Source: Dendrobates tinctorius (lineage: Eukaryota). Taken from it: 64,000 bases of DNA. The stretch lies in assembly GCF_039654945.1 (NCBI RefSeq), contig NW_027361751.1:8742001-8806000 (forward strand), in the 5' to 3' direction. The position numbers and the translations under genes are program-made. The notes under the pieces were generated by a model. The model was given only the letters and a program-made list of their open reading frames with translations. It was not told the origin of the DNA and did no database searches. How positions within the stretch are numbered: position 1 is the first letter of the stretch; every line of letters starts with the position of its first letter. This document shows positions 49,074 to 61,400 of the stretch, in pieces.

Positions 49074-52000
49074 CCCCTTCACGACCCAGCCTATAATGAC
49101 CAGGCCATTTTTTGCAATTCTGACCAGTGTCCCTTTCTGAGGTAATAACTCAGGAACGCTTCAACGCATCTTAGCGATTCTGAGATTGTTTTTTCGTGAC
49201 ATATTGGGCTTCATGATAGTGGTAAATTTAGGTCGATAATTTTTGTGTTTATTTGTGACAAAAACGGAAATTTGGCAAAAATTTTCCAAATTTCGCAATT
49301 TTCACATTTTGACTTTTTAATTCTGTTAAACCAGAGCGTTATGTGACACAAAATAGTTACTAAATAACATTTCCCACATGTCTACTTTACATCAGCACAA
49401 TTTTGGAAGCAACATTTTTTTTTTGTTAGGAAGTTATAAGGGTTAAAAGTTGACCAGCGATTTCTCATTTTTACAACAAAATTTACAAAACCATTTTTTA
49501 TAGGGACCACCTCACATTTGAAGTCACTTTGAGGGGTGTATATGGCAGAAAATACCCAAAAGTGACACCATTCTAAAGACTGCACCCCTCAAGCTACTCA
49601 AAACTACATTCAAGGAGATTATTAACCCTTCAGGTGCTTCACAGGAACTAAAGCAACGTGGAAGGAAAAAATGGACATTTTAATTTTTCCAACAAAAAAT
49701 TTTTTTAGCATCAATTTTTTCATTTTCACATGGGCAATTTGTTGGGCAATTTCTCCTGAGTACACCAATACCTAATATGTTGTCATAAACCACTGTTTGG
49801 GCGCACGGCAGGGCATGGAAGGGAAGGAGCGCCATTTGACTTTTTGAATGGAAAATTAGCTCCAATCATTAGCGGTTGCCATGTCGCATTTGGAAAACCC
49901 CTGTGAGCCTAAACATTGGAGCTCCCCCACAAGTGACCCCATTTTGGAAACTAGACCCCCTAGGAACTTATCTAGACGCATAGTTAGCACTTTGAACCCT
50001 CAGGTGCTTCACAAATTGATCCTTAAAAAAAAAAAGTACTTTTTTTTCACAAAAATTTTCTTTTAGCCTCAATTTCTTCATTTTCACATGGGTAACAGGA
50101 TAAAATGGATCCTAAAATTTGTTGGGCAATTTCTCCTGAGTACACCGATACCTCATATGTGGTCATAAACCACTGTGCCATTTGACTTTTGAATGGAAAA
50201 TTAGCTCCAATCGTTAGCGGACACCATGTCGTGTTTGGAGAGCCCCTGTGTGCCTAAACAATGGAGTACCCCCACAAGTAACCCCATTTTGGAAACTAGA
50301 CCCCCCCCCCCCCAAGGAGCTTACCTAGATGTGTGGTGAGCACTTTGCACCCCCAAGGGCTTCACAGAAGTTTATAACGCCGAGCCGTGATAATAAAAAA
50401 TCATTTTTTTTCCTCAAAAAATGATTTTTTAGCCCGCAATTTTTTATTTTCACAAGGGTAACAGGAAGAATTGGACCCTAAAAATTGTTTTCCAGTTTTT
50501 CATGAGTACGCTGTGCGGAGGAATCACTGTTTGGGCACACATCGGGGCTTGGAAGGGAAGTAGTGACGTTTTGAAATGTATACTTGATGGAATGGTCTGC
50601 AGGCGTCATGTTACGTTTGCAGAGCCCCTGATGTACCTAAACAGTAGAAACCCCCCACAAATGACCCCATTTTGGAAGCTAGAACCCCCAAGGAACTTCT
50701 CTAGATGTGTGGTGAGCACTTTGAACCCCCAAGTGCTTCACAGAAGTTTATAAGGTAGAGCCGTAAAAATAAAAAATCATTTTTTTTCACAAAAATGATC
50801 TTTTTGCCCCCAATTTTTATTTTACCAAGGGTAGCAAAAGGAAATGGACCCCAAAAGTTGTTGTGCAATTTGTCCTGAGTAGGCTGATACCCCATATATG
50901 GGAGTAAACCTTTGTTTGGGTGCACGGCAGAGCTCGGAAAGGAAAGAGCGCAGTTTGACTTTTCTAAGCAAAATTGGCTGGAATTAAGATCGGACATCAT
51001 GTTGCGTTTGCAGCACTCCTGATCTGCCTAAACAGTGGAAACCCCCCACAAGTGACACCATTTTGGAAACTAGACCCTCTAAGGAGCTTATCTAGATGTG
51101 TGGTGAGCTCTTTGAACCCCCAAGTGCTTCACAGAAGTTTATAACGCAGAGCTGTGAAAATAAAAAATCATTTTTTTTCCACAAATATCATATTTTAGCC
51201 CCCCAATTCTTTATTTTCTCAAAGGTATCAGGAGAAATTAGACCCCCAGAGTTGTTGTGCAATTTTTCCTGAGTATGCTGATACCCCATATGTGGCGGTA
51301 AACCACTGTTTGGATACATGTCGGGGTTTGGAAGGGAGGGAGAACTGTTTGACTTTTTGGGCGCAAAATTGGCTGGAATCAATGGTGGTGCCATGTCACG
51401 TTTGGAGACCACCTGGTGTGCCTAAATAGTGGAAACCCTCTAAATTCTAACGCAGCCCTAACCCCAACACACCTCTAACCCTAATCCCAACAATAACCCT
51501 AACCACAAGCCTAACCCTAATCCCAAACCCAACACACCCCTAACCATAATCTTAACCCTAATTCCAACCCTAACCCTAATTCCAACCCCAACCCTAATTC
51601 CAACCCCAACCCTAATTCCAGCCCTAACCCTAATCCCAACCCTAACCCTAATTCCAACCCTAACCCAAATTCTAACCCTAACCCTAATTGCAACGCTAAC
51701 CCTAATTGCAACCATAACCCTAATTCTAACCCTAACCCTAAAGGAAAAATAAAAATAAATATATTTTCTTTATTTTATTATGTGTCACTAGCTATGGGGG
51801 TGATAAAGGGGGGCTTTATTTACTTTTTTTGTATTTTGATCACTGTGATAGTTTATCACAGTGATCAAAGTGTACCTGTAAAATGAATGAATGAATCCGC
51901 CAGCTGGCAGACTCGCGGGCACACTGCGCATGTGCCCGCCATTTTGTAAGATGGTGGCGCCCATGGAGAGAAGACAGCGGGACACCGGGAGGTACCGGGA

Positions 52001-52466
52001 CCGATAAGGTACCGGGGGGAGCTATAGGGGGCGATCGGAAGGTGGGGGGGGAGCAGATTATTGCGGCGGCTGCTGATCGCCGCCGTCAGAAGGTGGCAGC
52101 TGCACATCACCGCTGACAGCCGGGTGGGGGGGTCGGATCACGATCTCCAGCCATTGCTATTGCAGCATCGGCCATGGCTGGATAGTAATATTTCATCAAA
52201 TTTCATTGATGAACTATTACTATCGCTCTGATTGGCTGTTTCACTTTTAACAGCCAATCAAAGCGATCATAGCCACGTGGGGGCGAAGCCACACCCCCTG
52301 TGGTGAAGTACAAAGCCCCCTGTATCTGCGGGTCAGGTGACCTTTCATTGAACCCGGTCACCCGACCCGCAGGGGGGCTTTAAACTCATGACACGGCATA
52401 TGCGTCATTGGTCGGATTGGCACCGACTTTCATGACACATACGCTGTGTCATTGGTCGGGAAGGGG
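49074..52466 (+). mobile_element. piggyBac-like non-autonomous element with ~380-bp satellite and telomere-like array
   Basis: TTAA TSD (49070-49073 and 52467-52470). CCCCTTC...GAAGGGG ends. About 5 tandem units. No transposase. Confidence 0.85.
51445..51741 (+). repeat. Telomere-like hexamer array
   Basis: CCCTAA interspersed with TTCCAA, CCCCAA and TCCCAA. Confidence 0.9.
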
Positions 52467-52590
52467 TTAAAGGGAATCTGTCACCCCATTTTAGCCCTAT
52501 CAACTGCTGGCACCGCCATTAGGTGCTTATCTACAGCATTCTTATCTACAGCATTCTGAAAGAAGAAAAACAAATAATAATCTTTACTTT

Positions 52591-52836
52591 TAATAATAAT
52601 CTTTATTTGTATATAGCGCTAACATATTCTGCAGCGCTTTACAGTTTGCACACATCATCATCACTGTCCCCAATGGGACTCACAATCTAAATTCCCTATC
52701 AGTATATCTTTGGAATGTACCCATGCAAACACGGGGAGAACATACAAATTCCTTGCAGATGTTGTCCTTGGTGGGGTTTGAACCCTGGACCCCAGAGCTG
52801 CAAGGCTGTAGTGCTAACCACTGAGCCACTGTGCTG
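52591..52836 (-). mobile_element. SINE, same family as 21590-21863
   Basis: Same A/B boxes, core and (TTA)n tail, with an internal deletion. Confidence 0.8.
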
Positions 52837-54223
52837 CCCCCGATGTAACCTGAAAGATAAGAAACACAAGTTATATTATACTCACCCTGGTGTCCGGTCT
52901 GATGGGTGTCGCGGTTCGGTCTAGCGCCTCCCATTTTCATACGATGCCGTCCTCCTTCTTCTGTCGCGGCTCCGGCACAGGCGTACTTTATCTGCCCTGC
53001 CCTCCTCATCATCAGGTGGCAAACCTCTGTCAATCAGATCAGCTCCACTACCTCCTTTAACCACCAGAGGGACCCCAGAAAGAGAACTCGCAACCCCTCT
53101 GTCAATCTGACCAGCTCCACTACCTTCAGTAAAGCCAGAGAGAGAATTCACAACAGTACCCCCCCTTGAGGAGGGGTCACCGAACCCTCATCCACGCCAT
53201 CAGGCCGGTCAGGATGGGCCCGGTGAAAAGCACGAACCAATTTTTCGGCTTGAATGTCAGAAGCAGAAACCCAAGAATTATCCTCCTGGCCATAACCCTT
53301 CCATTTGACCAAGTACTGAAGTCTACGTCTAGCCAAACGAGAATCCAATATTTTCTCTACATCATACTCAAAATTACCTTTAACCAATACAGGGTCAGGA
53401 GGCGCCGCCATAGACTACTAGCTCTGCAAACCTCTTCAACAATGATTTATGGAACACGTTATGAATCTTAAACGTAACTGGAAGAGCCAAACGGAAAGAA
53501 ACGGGATTAAGGATTTCCAAAATCTTATAAGGTCCAATGAATCTTGGCTTGAACTTTGGAGACGCAACCTTCATAGGAATATTCTTTGAAGGCAACCAAA
53601 CCATATCACCCACTTTAAACCGGGGACCAATGGTCCTATGCCGGTTGGAAAACCGTTGGGCTTTTTCCTGAGAGTGGGACAACTTATCCACCACTTGGTC
53701 CCAAATCTGCTGCATTCTCTCTACCACAGAATCCACACTTGGGCAGGCCGAAGATTCCACCTGCCCTGAAGAAAATCGAGGATGAAACCCAAAGTTACAG
53801 AAAAAGGGCGACATCAAAGTGGCAGAACTAGCCCTATTGTTTAGCGCAAATTCGGCCAAGGGCAAAAATGAGACCCAGTCATCCTGATCAGCAGATATGA
53901 AACATCTCAAATAGGATTCCAAAGTCTGGTTTGTTCTCTCAGTCTGCCCATTGGTCTGAGGATGAAATGCAGAGGAGAAACATAACTGAATTCCCAGTTT
54001 GGAGCAAAAAGCTCTCCAAAATCTGGAAACAAACTGGACTCCTCTGTCCGACCCAATGTTCTCAGGAATCCTGTGCAACCGAACCACCTGTTGTAAAAAC
54101 AAGGGCACCAACTCAGAAGAAGTTGGCAACTTTGGGAGTGGTACAAGATGGACCATCTTAGAAAATCTATCACAGATCACCCAGATAACAGTCATTCTCT
54201 AAGAGACAGGAAGATCAGAAATA

Positions 54224-54663
54224 TCATAAGTTGAGTATCCAAGAAAAGCACTTCTGAGCATCCGCGCTGCTTTAGTGATAAGAATTCTTCAGAAATCCAT
54301 ATAAATCTTTCAAGTTCTTTATTATATGTACTACAGAAACTACGCGTTTCGAGGTGACAAACCGCACCTCTTCTTCAGGTTTCAGTACAGAGTTCTCTCT
54401 ATATGGATTTCTGAAGAATTCTTATCACTAAAGCAGCGCGGATGCTCAGAAGTGCTTTTCTTGGATCCTCAACTTATGATACCTAGTGGACGCTGTCCAC
54501 CTGCACGGGCTCTGCAGCAGCTATATGACTGCAACAAACGTTGAGAGTGGTTGTGTCTGAACACAACCCATAAAGGGTGAGTACTCCAGAGTACTTTTAT
54601 ATTTTAATTGATTTATACCAGGTGAAGCCCTATGTCTGCGCCCCCGCCCTTGTTTTCTCTTAT
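54224..54663. mobile_element. Penelope-like fold-back insert within the integrase of Gypsy element 2
   Basis: 14-bp TSD GAAGATCAGAAATA (54210-54223 and 54664-54677). ~80-bp inverted arms (54223-54303 and 54400-54480). Removing it restores integrase MDFISDL|PVS. Confidence 0.85.
54328..54388 (-). ncRNA. Type I minimal hammerhead ribozyme
   Basis: GUACU-GAAAC [CUGAAGA] A GAGGUG(cgguuugu)CACCUC [GAAA] CGCG [UA] GUUUC-ugu-AGUAC. Stems I and II pair fully, stem III is the palindromic ACGCGU, and the cleavage triplet is GUA. Confidence 0.8.
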
Positions 54664-57600
54664 GAAGATCAGAAATAAAATCCATTGAGATATGAGTGCA
54701 TGACCTCCTGGGCACCAGAAGGGACATCAACAAATCACTAGAATGAGAACAGGGCTTGGACTGAGAACAAGTCCCACAGGACTGCACAAAATTCCTGACA
54801 TCACAAGATAAGGCAGGCCACCAAAAAGACCGACTCACCAAATCTCTGGTACCAAAAATACCTGGATGACCAGCCAACGTGGAGCAATGAATTTTGGATA
54901 TTACTCTTTTCCTCCACTGGTCAGGGACATACAATTTTCCCATAGGGCATTGTTCAGGTTTGTACTCCTGAAATTCCTCCAGGGTACGTGTCAAATTCGG
55001 GTGAGATGGCAGAAAGAACTACACGCTCATTTAGAATGGTAGTAGGCTCGGTCACATCAAGAGAATCTGCAAAGAAACTCCTAGAAAGGGCGTCCACCTT
55101 AACATTCTTAGTGCCCAGAAGAAAAGAGACCACAAAATTAAAATGTGCGAAATACAAGGCCCACCTAGCCTGTCTAGGATTCAAGCGTTTGGCCGATGAG
55201 GACCACAACTTGATGTCTAGCTCCCTCCGACCAATGTCTCCACTCTTCAAATGCCCATTTCATGGCCAACAATTCCCGATTCCCCACGTCATAGTTACGT
55301 TCAGATGGGGAAAATTTTCGAGAAAAGAAGGCACAGGGATTCATCTTAGAAGTCACCGGATCTCTTTGGGACAAAACGGCTCCTGCACCAATCTCAGAAG
55401 CATCTACCTCCACCTGAAATGGGAGTGAGGCATCAGGTTGCCGTAGAAGCGGAGCAGAAGTGAATCTCCGCTTAAGCTCCAGAAATGCTGAAACTGCCTC
55501 TGGAGACCAATTCACCACATCAGCGCCTTTTTGGTCAAATCAGTCAGTGGTTTAGCAATACCAGAAAAATTACTTATAAATTTACGGTAGAAATTAGCAA
55601 AACCCAAAAACTTCTTGAGAGCCTTCAAAGAAGTGGGCTGAACCCAATCATAAATGGCCTGTATCTTGGCCGGGTCCATTTCAATAGCAGACAGGGACAA
55701 AATGAATCCCAAAAATGAAAACCTCTGTACACCAAAGAGGCACTTCGATCCCTTAACATACAGAGAATTTTCCCTCAAAATCCGGAACACAGTCCGGACA
55801 TGTTCCACATGAGAATCCCAATCACTGGAAAAGATCAAAATATCATCCAGATAAATGATCAAAAACTTATCCACAAAGTCCCGGAAAATATTGTTCATAA
55901 AAGACTGGAAGACAGAAGGGGCATTAGTGAGCCCAAAAGGCATCACCAGGTACTCAAAATATCCCTCCGGAGTATTAAACGCCATCTTCCATTCATCCCA
56001 TGCTTGATGCGAATAAGATTATACACCCCCCTGAGGTCAAGCTTGGTAAACCAACAGGCACTTTTAACTCTGGAAAATAAATCAGAAATCAGGGGTAATG
56101 GGTACTGATATTTAACAGTGATTTTGTTAAGGGAACGATAGTCAATACATGGCCTTAATGAACCATCTTTCTTGGCCACAAAAAAACCCCCAGCACCTAA
56201 AGGTGAAGAAGATGGTCTAATATGACCCTTCTCCAACGACTCCTTGATATAAGATCGCATAGCATCATGTTCGGGTACCGATAAGTTGAAAAGCCGACCC
56301 TTGGGAAATTTACACCCGGGCATTAACTCAATTGCACAGTCATAACTCCTATGAGGAGGCAAAGACGCAGACTTACTCTCACTGAATACATCAGAAAAAT
56401 CAGCCAAATAGTCAGGAATATCATGAGACTTGGGAGGGGTGGAGAAAATAGGAGTGTCACTAAGAACACATTGACAACCCCAACTCACCACAGACACAAA
56501 TTTCCAATCTAAAACAGGATTATGAGTTTGCAACCAAGGAAAACCCAGAACAATAGTATCATGCAAATTGTGCAACACCAAAAATTTACAATTTTCTTGG
56601 TGGTCCGGGGCAACCCGCATTATCCCCTGGGTCCAAAACTCGGGTTTATTCTCTGCCAAAGGAGTAGCATCAATACCCCTCAAAGGGATAGGAGTCCGCA
56701 GGGGTATCATGGGAAAACCACAACGTTTAGCAAAGTCCAAATCCATCAGATTCAAGCCCTGAATCAACAAAAGCCTTAGCGGAAAATGTAGACAAGGAGC
56801 AGATCAGGGTGATCGCCAAAAGGAACTTAGGCTGTACACTGCCCACCGCAAAAGTGTGAGCAAAACGCTTTTCTCGTTTAGGGCAGACAGCAATAGTATG
56901 AGAGGCGTCCCCACAGAAAAAACACAAATTATTACGCCTTCTAAACTCCTGATGTTGCGCCCTAGACAAAACCGTATCGCATTGCATGGGCTCAGAAGCT
57001 TGTTTGAAAGGTGGCAACGCCTCTCGTGTATTTTTTCACATAAACGCCGATCAATTTGAACGGCCAATGACAGAGTCGTGAAGACCAGAGGGAACAGGAA
57101 ATCCCACCATAACATCTTTCACGGTTTCTGCCATACCCTTCCGAAAGAGAGCTGCTAGGGCATCGTCATTCCATTTAGTAAGGACCGCCCACTTTCGGAA
57201 TTTTTGACAATATAACTCTGCAGAATCCTGACCCTGGATAAATGCCAATAAGGTTTTCTCAGCTTGATCAATAGCATTTGGTTCATCATACAACAACCCC
57301 AAGGCTTGAAAAAACGCATCCACATTAGCCAGAAGAGGATCTCCGGATGTCAAAGAAAAGGCCCAATCCTGGGGATCGCCACGCAGCAAGGAAATTTCAA
57401 TTTTAACCTGCTGCACAGAGTTCCCCGATGAATTAGGTTTCAAGGCAAAAAATAGTTTACAATAATCCTTAAAATTCAAAAATTTAGACCGATCCCCAGA
57501 AAACACATCAGGAGTAGGGATTTTTGGTTCAACAGCAGATGATTGAGCGAGATAGGCAGAAATTCCCCGCACTTGAGCAGCGAGCTGCTCAACACAATCA

Positions 57601-58444
57601 GACAATTGCTTAGTCTCCATTTAGACAAAAAATATCCTCCTCCAGCCCCAGCAAAAAAAAAGACGAAAAAAATATACAAAAAAAAAATTCTGACACCTAG
57701 AGTCTACAGTTAGGCTGGTGATTCTGTTATGAATGGGTCACCGAGGAGGATAGCAGGCCCAGGCTAAGCCACAGAAAACCAGAGAGGTTGGAAACTAATC
57801 GGATTGCAGACCCCTGATCCTGTCCTCACAACTAGCAGTAGCCGTGGAGCGTACCTACGATGATCCTAGACGCCTCGGCACAGCCGGAGAGCTAACTAAG
57901 CCTAAAGCAAGAAAGGGGAAATCTAAACTGCCCCCAAAGGAATAGATAGCCCCCAAACATACAGTATGTTGTCAGTGAGACAAGATGAAAACACAAACGC
58001 AGGCAGAAAAATAAACTGCGCATACGATGGGGCCCACACTGACTAGACAGGACAGGAAAGGAAAGATACTGTCTGCAATCACGCAAAAAACCCTGCAAAA
58101 AGTCCAACACGTCTGATGCACAAAAAAACAATGAAGTCACATGACTTCGCCCCCACTATATCAGCACTCTGGTATATTCTGAAAGCAAAGCAAAAAGAGA
58201 CCAATATAACAAGGGACAAAACAAACTGGCACAAGCAGTAACATATGGGTGGTGAATCAGCACAGCCCCAGCCAGAGCTGGCTGACCCACACAAAGCTGA
58301 GATAAACAAAACCAGATCAAATGCAAACAGAATAGCAAATGAACCACTTAGCTGAGCCATGCAGGGAAAGAGCAGGAGACATCAGACCTCAGAAGGCACA
58401 GGAAGAAAATCACCAGCAGGGATAGAGAGAGTCAGCTGTCTTAA

Positions 58445-61400
58445 CCCCTTCACTACCAAGGGTGGTTTGCACGTTAACTCCCGGGCCAATTTTTACAATT
58501 CTGACCACTGTACCTTTATGAGGTCATAACTCTGGAACTCTTTCATGGATCCTGGTGATTCTGACATTGTTTTCTCGTGACATATTGTACTTCATGGTAG
58601 TTGTAAAATTGCATTCAAATAACTTGCGTTTATTTGTGAAAAAAACGGAAATTTGGCGAAAATTTTGAAAATTTCGCAATTTTCCAACTTTGAATTTTTA
58701 TGCCCTTAAATCACAGCAATACAGCACACAAAAAACTTAATACATAACATTTCCCACATGTTTACTTTACATCAGCACAATTTTGGAACCAAAATTATTT
58801 TTTGTTAGGAAGTTATAAGGGTTAAAAATTGACCAGCGATTTCTCATTTTTGCAACACCATTTTATTTTTAGGGACCACTTCACATTTGAAGCCACTTTG
58901 AGGGGTCTATATGATAGAAAATACCCAAAAGTGACACCATTCTAAAAACTGCACCCCTTAAGGTGCTTAAAACCACATTCAAGAAGTTTATTAACCCTTT
59001 AGGTGCGTCACAGGAATTTTTTGAATATTAAAAAAAAAATGAACATTTAACTTTTTTTCACAAAAAAAATACTTCAGGTTCAATTTTCTTTATTTTACCA
59101 AGGGTAACAGGAGAAATTGGACTGCAAAAGTTATTGTGCAATTTGTCCTGAGTACGCTGATACCTGATATGTGGGGGGGAACCACTGTTTCGGCGCATGG
59201 CAGACCTCAGTAGGGAAGGAGCGCTGATTGACTATTTCAATGCAAAATTGGCTGGAATTCAGATCGGACGCCATGTCGCGTTTGGAGAGCCCCTGATGTA
59301 CCTAAACAGTGGAAACCCCCCAAGTGACCCCATTTTGGAAACTAGACCCCCCAAGGAACTTATCTAGATATGTGGTGAGAACTTTGAACCGACAAGGGCT
59401 TCACAGAAGTTTATAACGTACAGCGGTACAATTAAAAAATCATATTTTTTCCACAAAAATGATCTTTTCACCCCCAATTTTTATTTTTCCAAGGGTAACA
59501 GGACCCTAAAAGTTATTGTGCAATTTGTCCTGAGTACGCTGATACCCCATATGTGGGTGTAAATGACTATTTGGGCGCATAGCAGAGCTCGGAAGGGAAG
59601 CAGCGCCATTTGACGTTTTTGGCTAGAATTGAGATCGGACACCATGTCGCGATTGGAAAACCGCTGATGTACCAAAACAGTGGAAACCCCCCACAAATGA
59701 CACCATTTTGGAATCTAGACCCCCCAAGGAACTTATCTAGATGTGTGGTGAGAACTTTGAACCCCCAAGGGCTTCACAGAAGTTTATAACGTACAGCAGT
59801 ACAATTAAAAAATCATATTTTTTCCACAAAAATGATCTTTTCACCCTCAATTCTTATTTTTCCAAAAGTAACAGGACCCTAAAAGATATTGTGCAATTTA
59901 TCCTGAGTACGCTGATACCCCACATGTGGGTGTAAACCACTATTTGGGCGCATGGCAGAGCTCGGAAGGGAAGCAGCGCCATTTGACGTTTTTGGCTGGA
60001 ATTGAGATCGGACACCATGTCGCGTTAGGAAAGCCCCTGATGTACCAAAACAGTAGAAACCCCCCACAAATGACACCATTTTGGAAACTAGACTCCCCAA
60101 GGAACTTATCTAGATGTGTGGTGAGCACTTTGAACCCCCCAGTGCTTCACTGAAGTTTATAATGTCCGGGCGTGAAAATAAAAAAATCGTATTTTTTCCA
60201 CAAACATGATCTTTTAGTCCCCATTTTTTTATTTTCCCAAGGGTAACAGGAGAAATTGGACCACAAAAGTTGTTGTCCAATTTGTCCTGAGTACGCTGAT
60301 ACCTCATATGTGGGAGAAAACTACTGTATGGGCACACGTCGGGGCTCGGAAGGGAAGTAGTGACGTTTTGGAATGCAGACTTTGATGGATTGGTCTGCGG
60401 GTGTCATGTGCGTTTGGAGAGCCCCTGATGTACCTAAACAGTGGAAACCCCCCACAAGTGACCTCATTTTGGAAACTAGACCCCCCACGGAGCTTATCTA
60501 GATGTGTGGAGAGCACTTTGAACCCCCAAGTGCTTCACAGAAGTTTATAACGCCTGGGCGTGAAAATAAAAAAAACATTTTTTTCCGCAAAATTATATTT
60601 TTGCCCCCAATTTTTTATTTTCCTAAGGGTAACAGGAGAAATTGGACCCCAAAAGTTGTTTTGTAATTTGTCCTGAGTAGGCTGATACCCTACATGTGGG
60701 GGTAAAACACTCTTTGGGCACATGGCAGAGCTTGGAAAGGAAGGAGCACCATTTGACTTTTTCAACGCAGAATTGGCTGGAATTGAGATCAGACGCCATG
60801 TTGCCTTTGGAGAGCACCTGATGTGCCCAAACAGTGGAAACCCCCAATTATAACTCCAACCCTAACCTCAACACACCCCTAACCCTAATCTGNNNNNNNN
60901 NNNNNNNNNNNNNNNNNNNNNNNNNNNNNNNNNNNNNNNNNNNNNNNNNNNNNNNNNNNNNNNNNNNNNNNNNNNNNNNNNNNNNNNNNNNNNNNNNNNN
61001 NNNNNNNNNNNNNNNNNNNNATAAATACATTTTCTTTTAGTTTTATTATTTTTCCCTAACTAAGGGGGTGATAACGGGGGGTTTGATTTACGATTTATGG
61101 CGGTTTTTATGTTTGGCGGCTGTCGCACGCTAAAAGACGCTTTTTATTGTAAAAATAGTTTTTGCATCACCACATATTGTGAGCTATAATTTTTCCGTAT
61201 TTTGACCCACCGAGTCATGTGAGGTCTTATTTTTTGCGGGACGAGTTGACGTTTTTATTGGTACCATTTTCGGGCACGTGACATTTTTTGATCGCTTTTT
61301 ATTCCGATTTTTGGGGCGCAGAATGAACAAAAACCAGCGTTTCATGAATTTCTTTTGGGGGGGTGCGTTTACACCGTTCCGCGTGTGGTAAAATTGATAA

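Larger units (their letters stand above)
53166..57620 (-). pseudogene. Frameshifted gag-pol of Gypsy element 2
   Basis: Fragments: gag PDVFSGD and CFFCGDASHTIAVC; protease VDSG; RT YLDD; RNase H VEVDAS; integrase HCSTLAGHPG and SDRG; chromodomain YDVEKILDSR...YLVKWKGY. Confidence 0.9.

Noticed and set aside
59100-60850. CRISPR-like regularly spaced repeats
   Set aside because: The whole ~380-bp unit is repeated, with no unique spacers and no cas genes, in a eukaryotic context.
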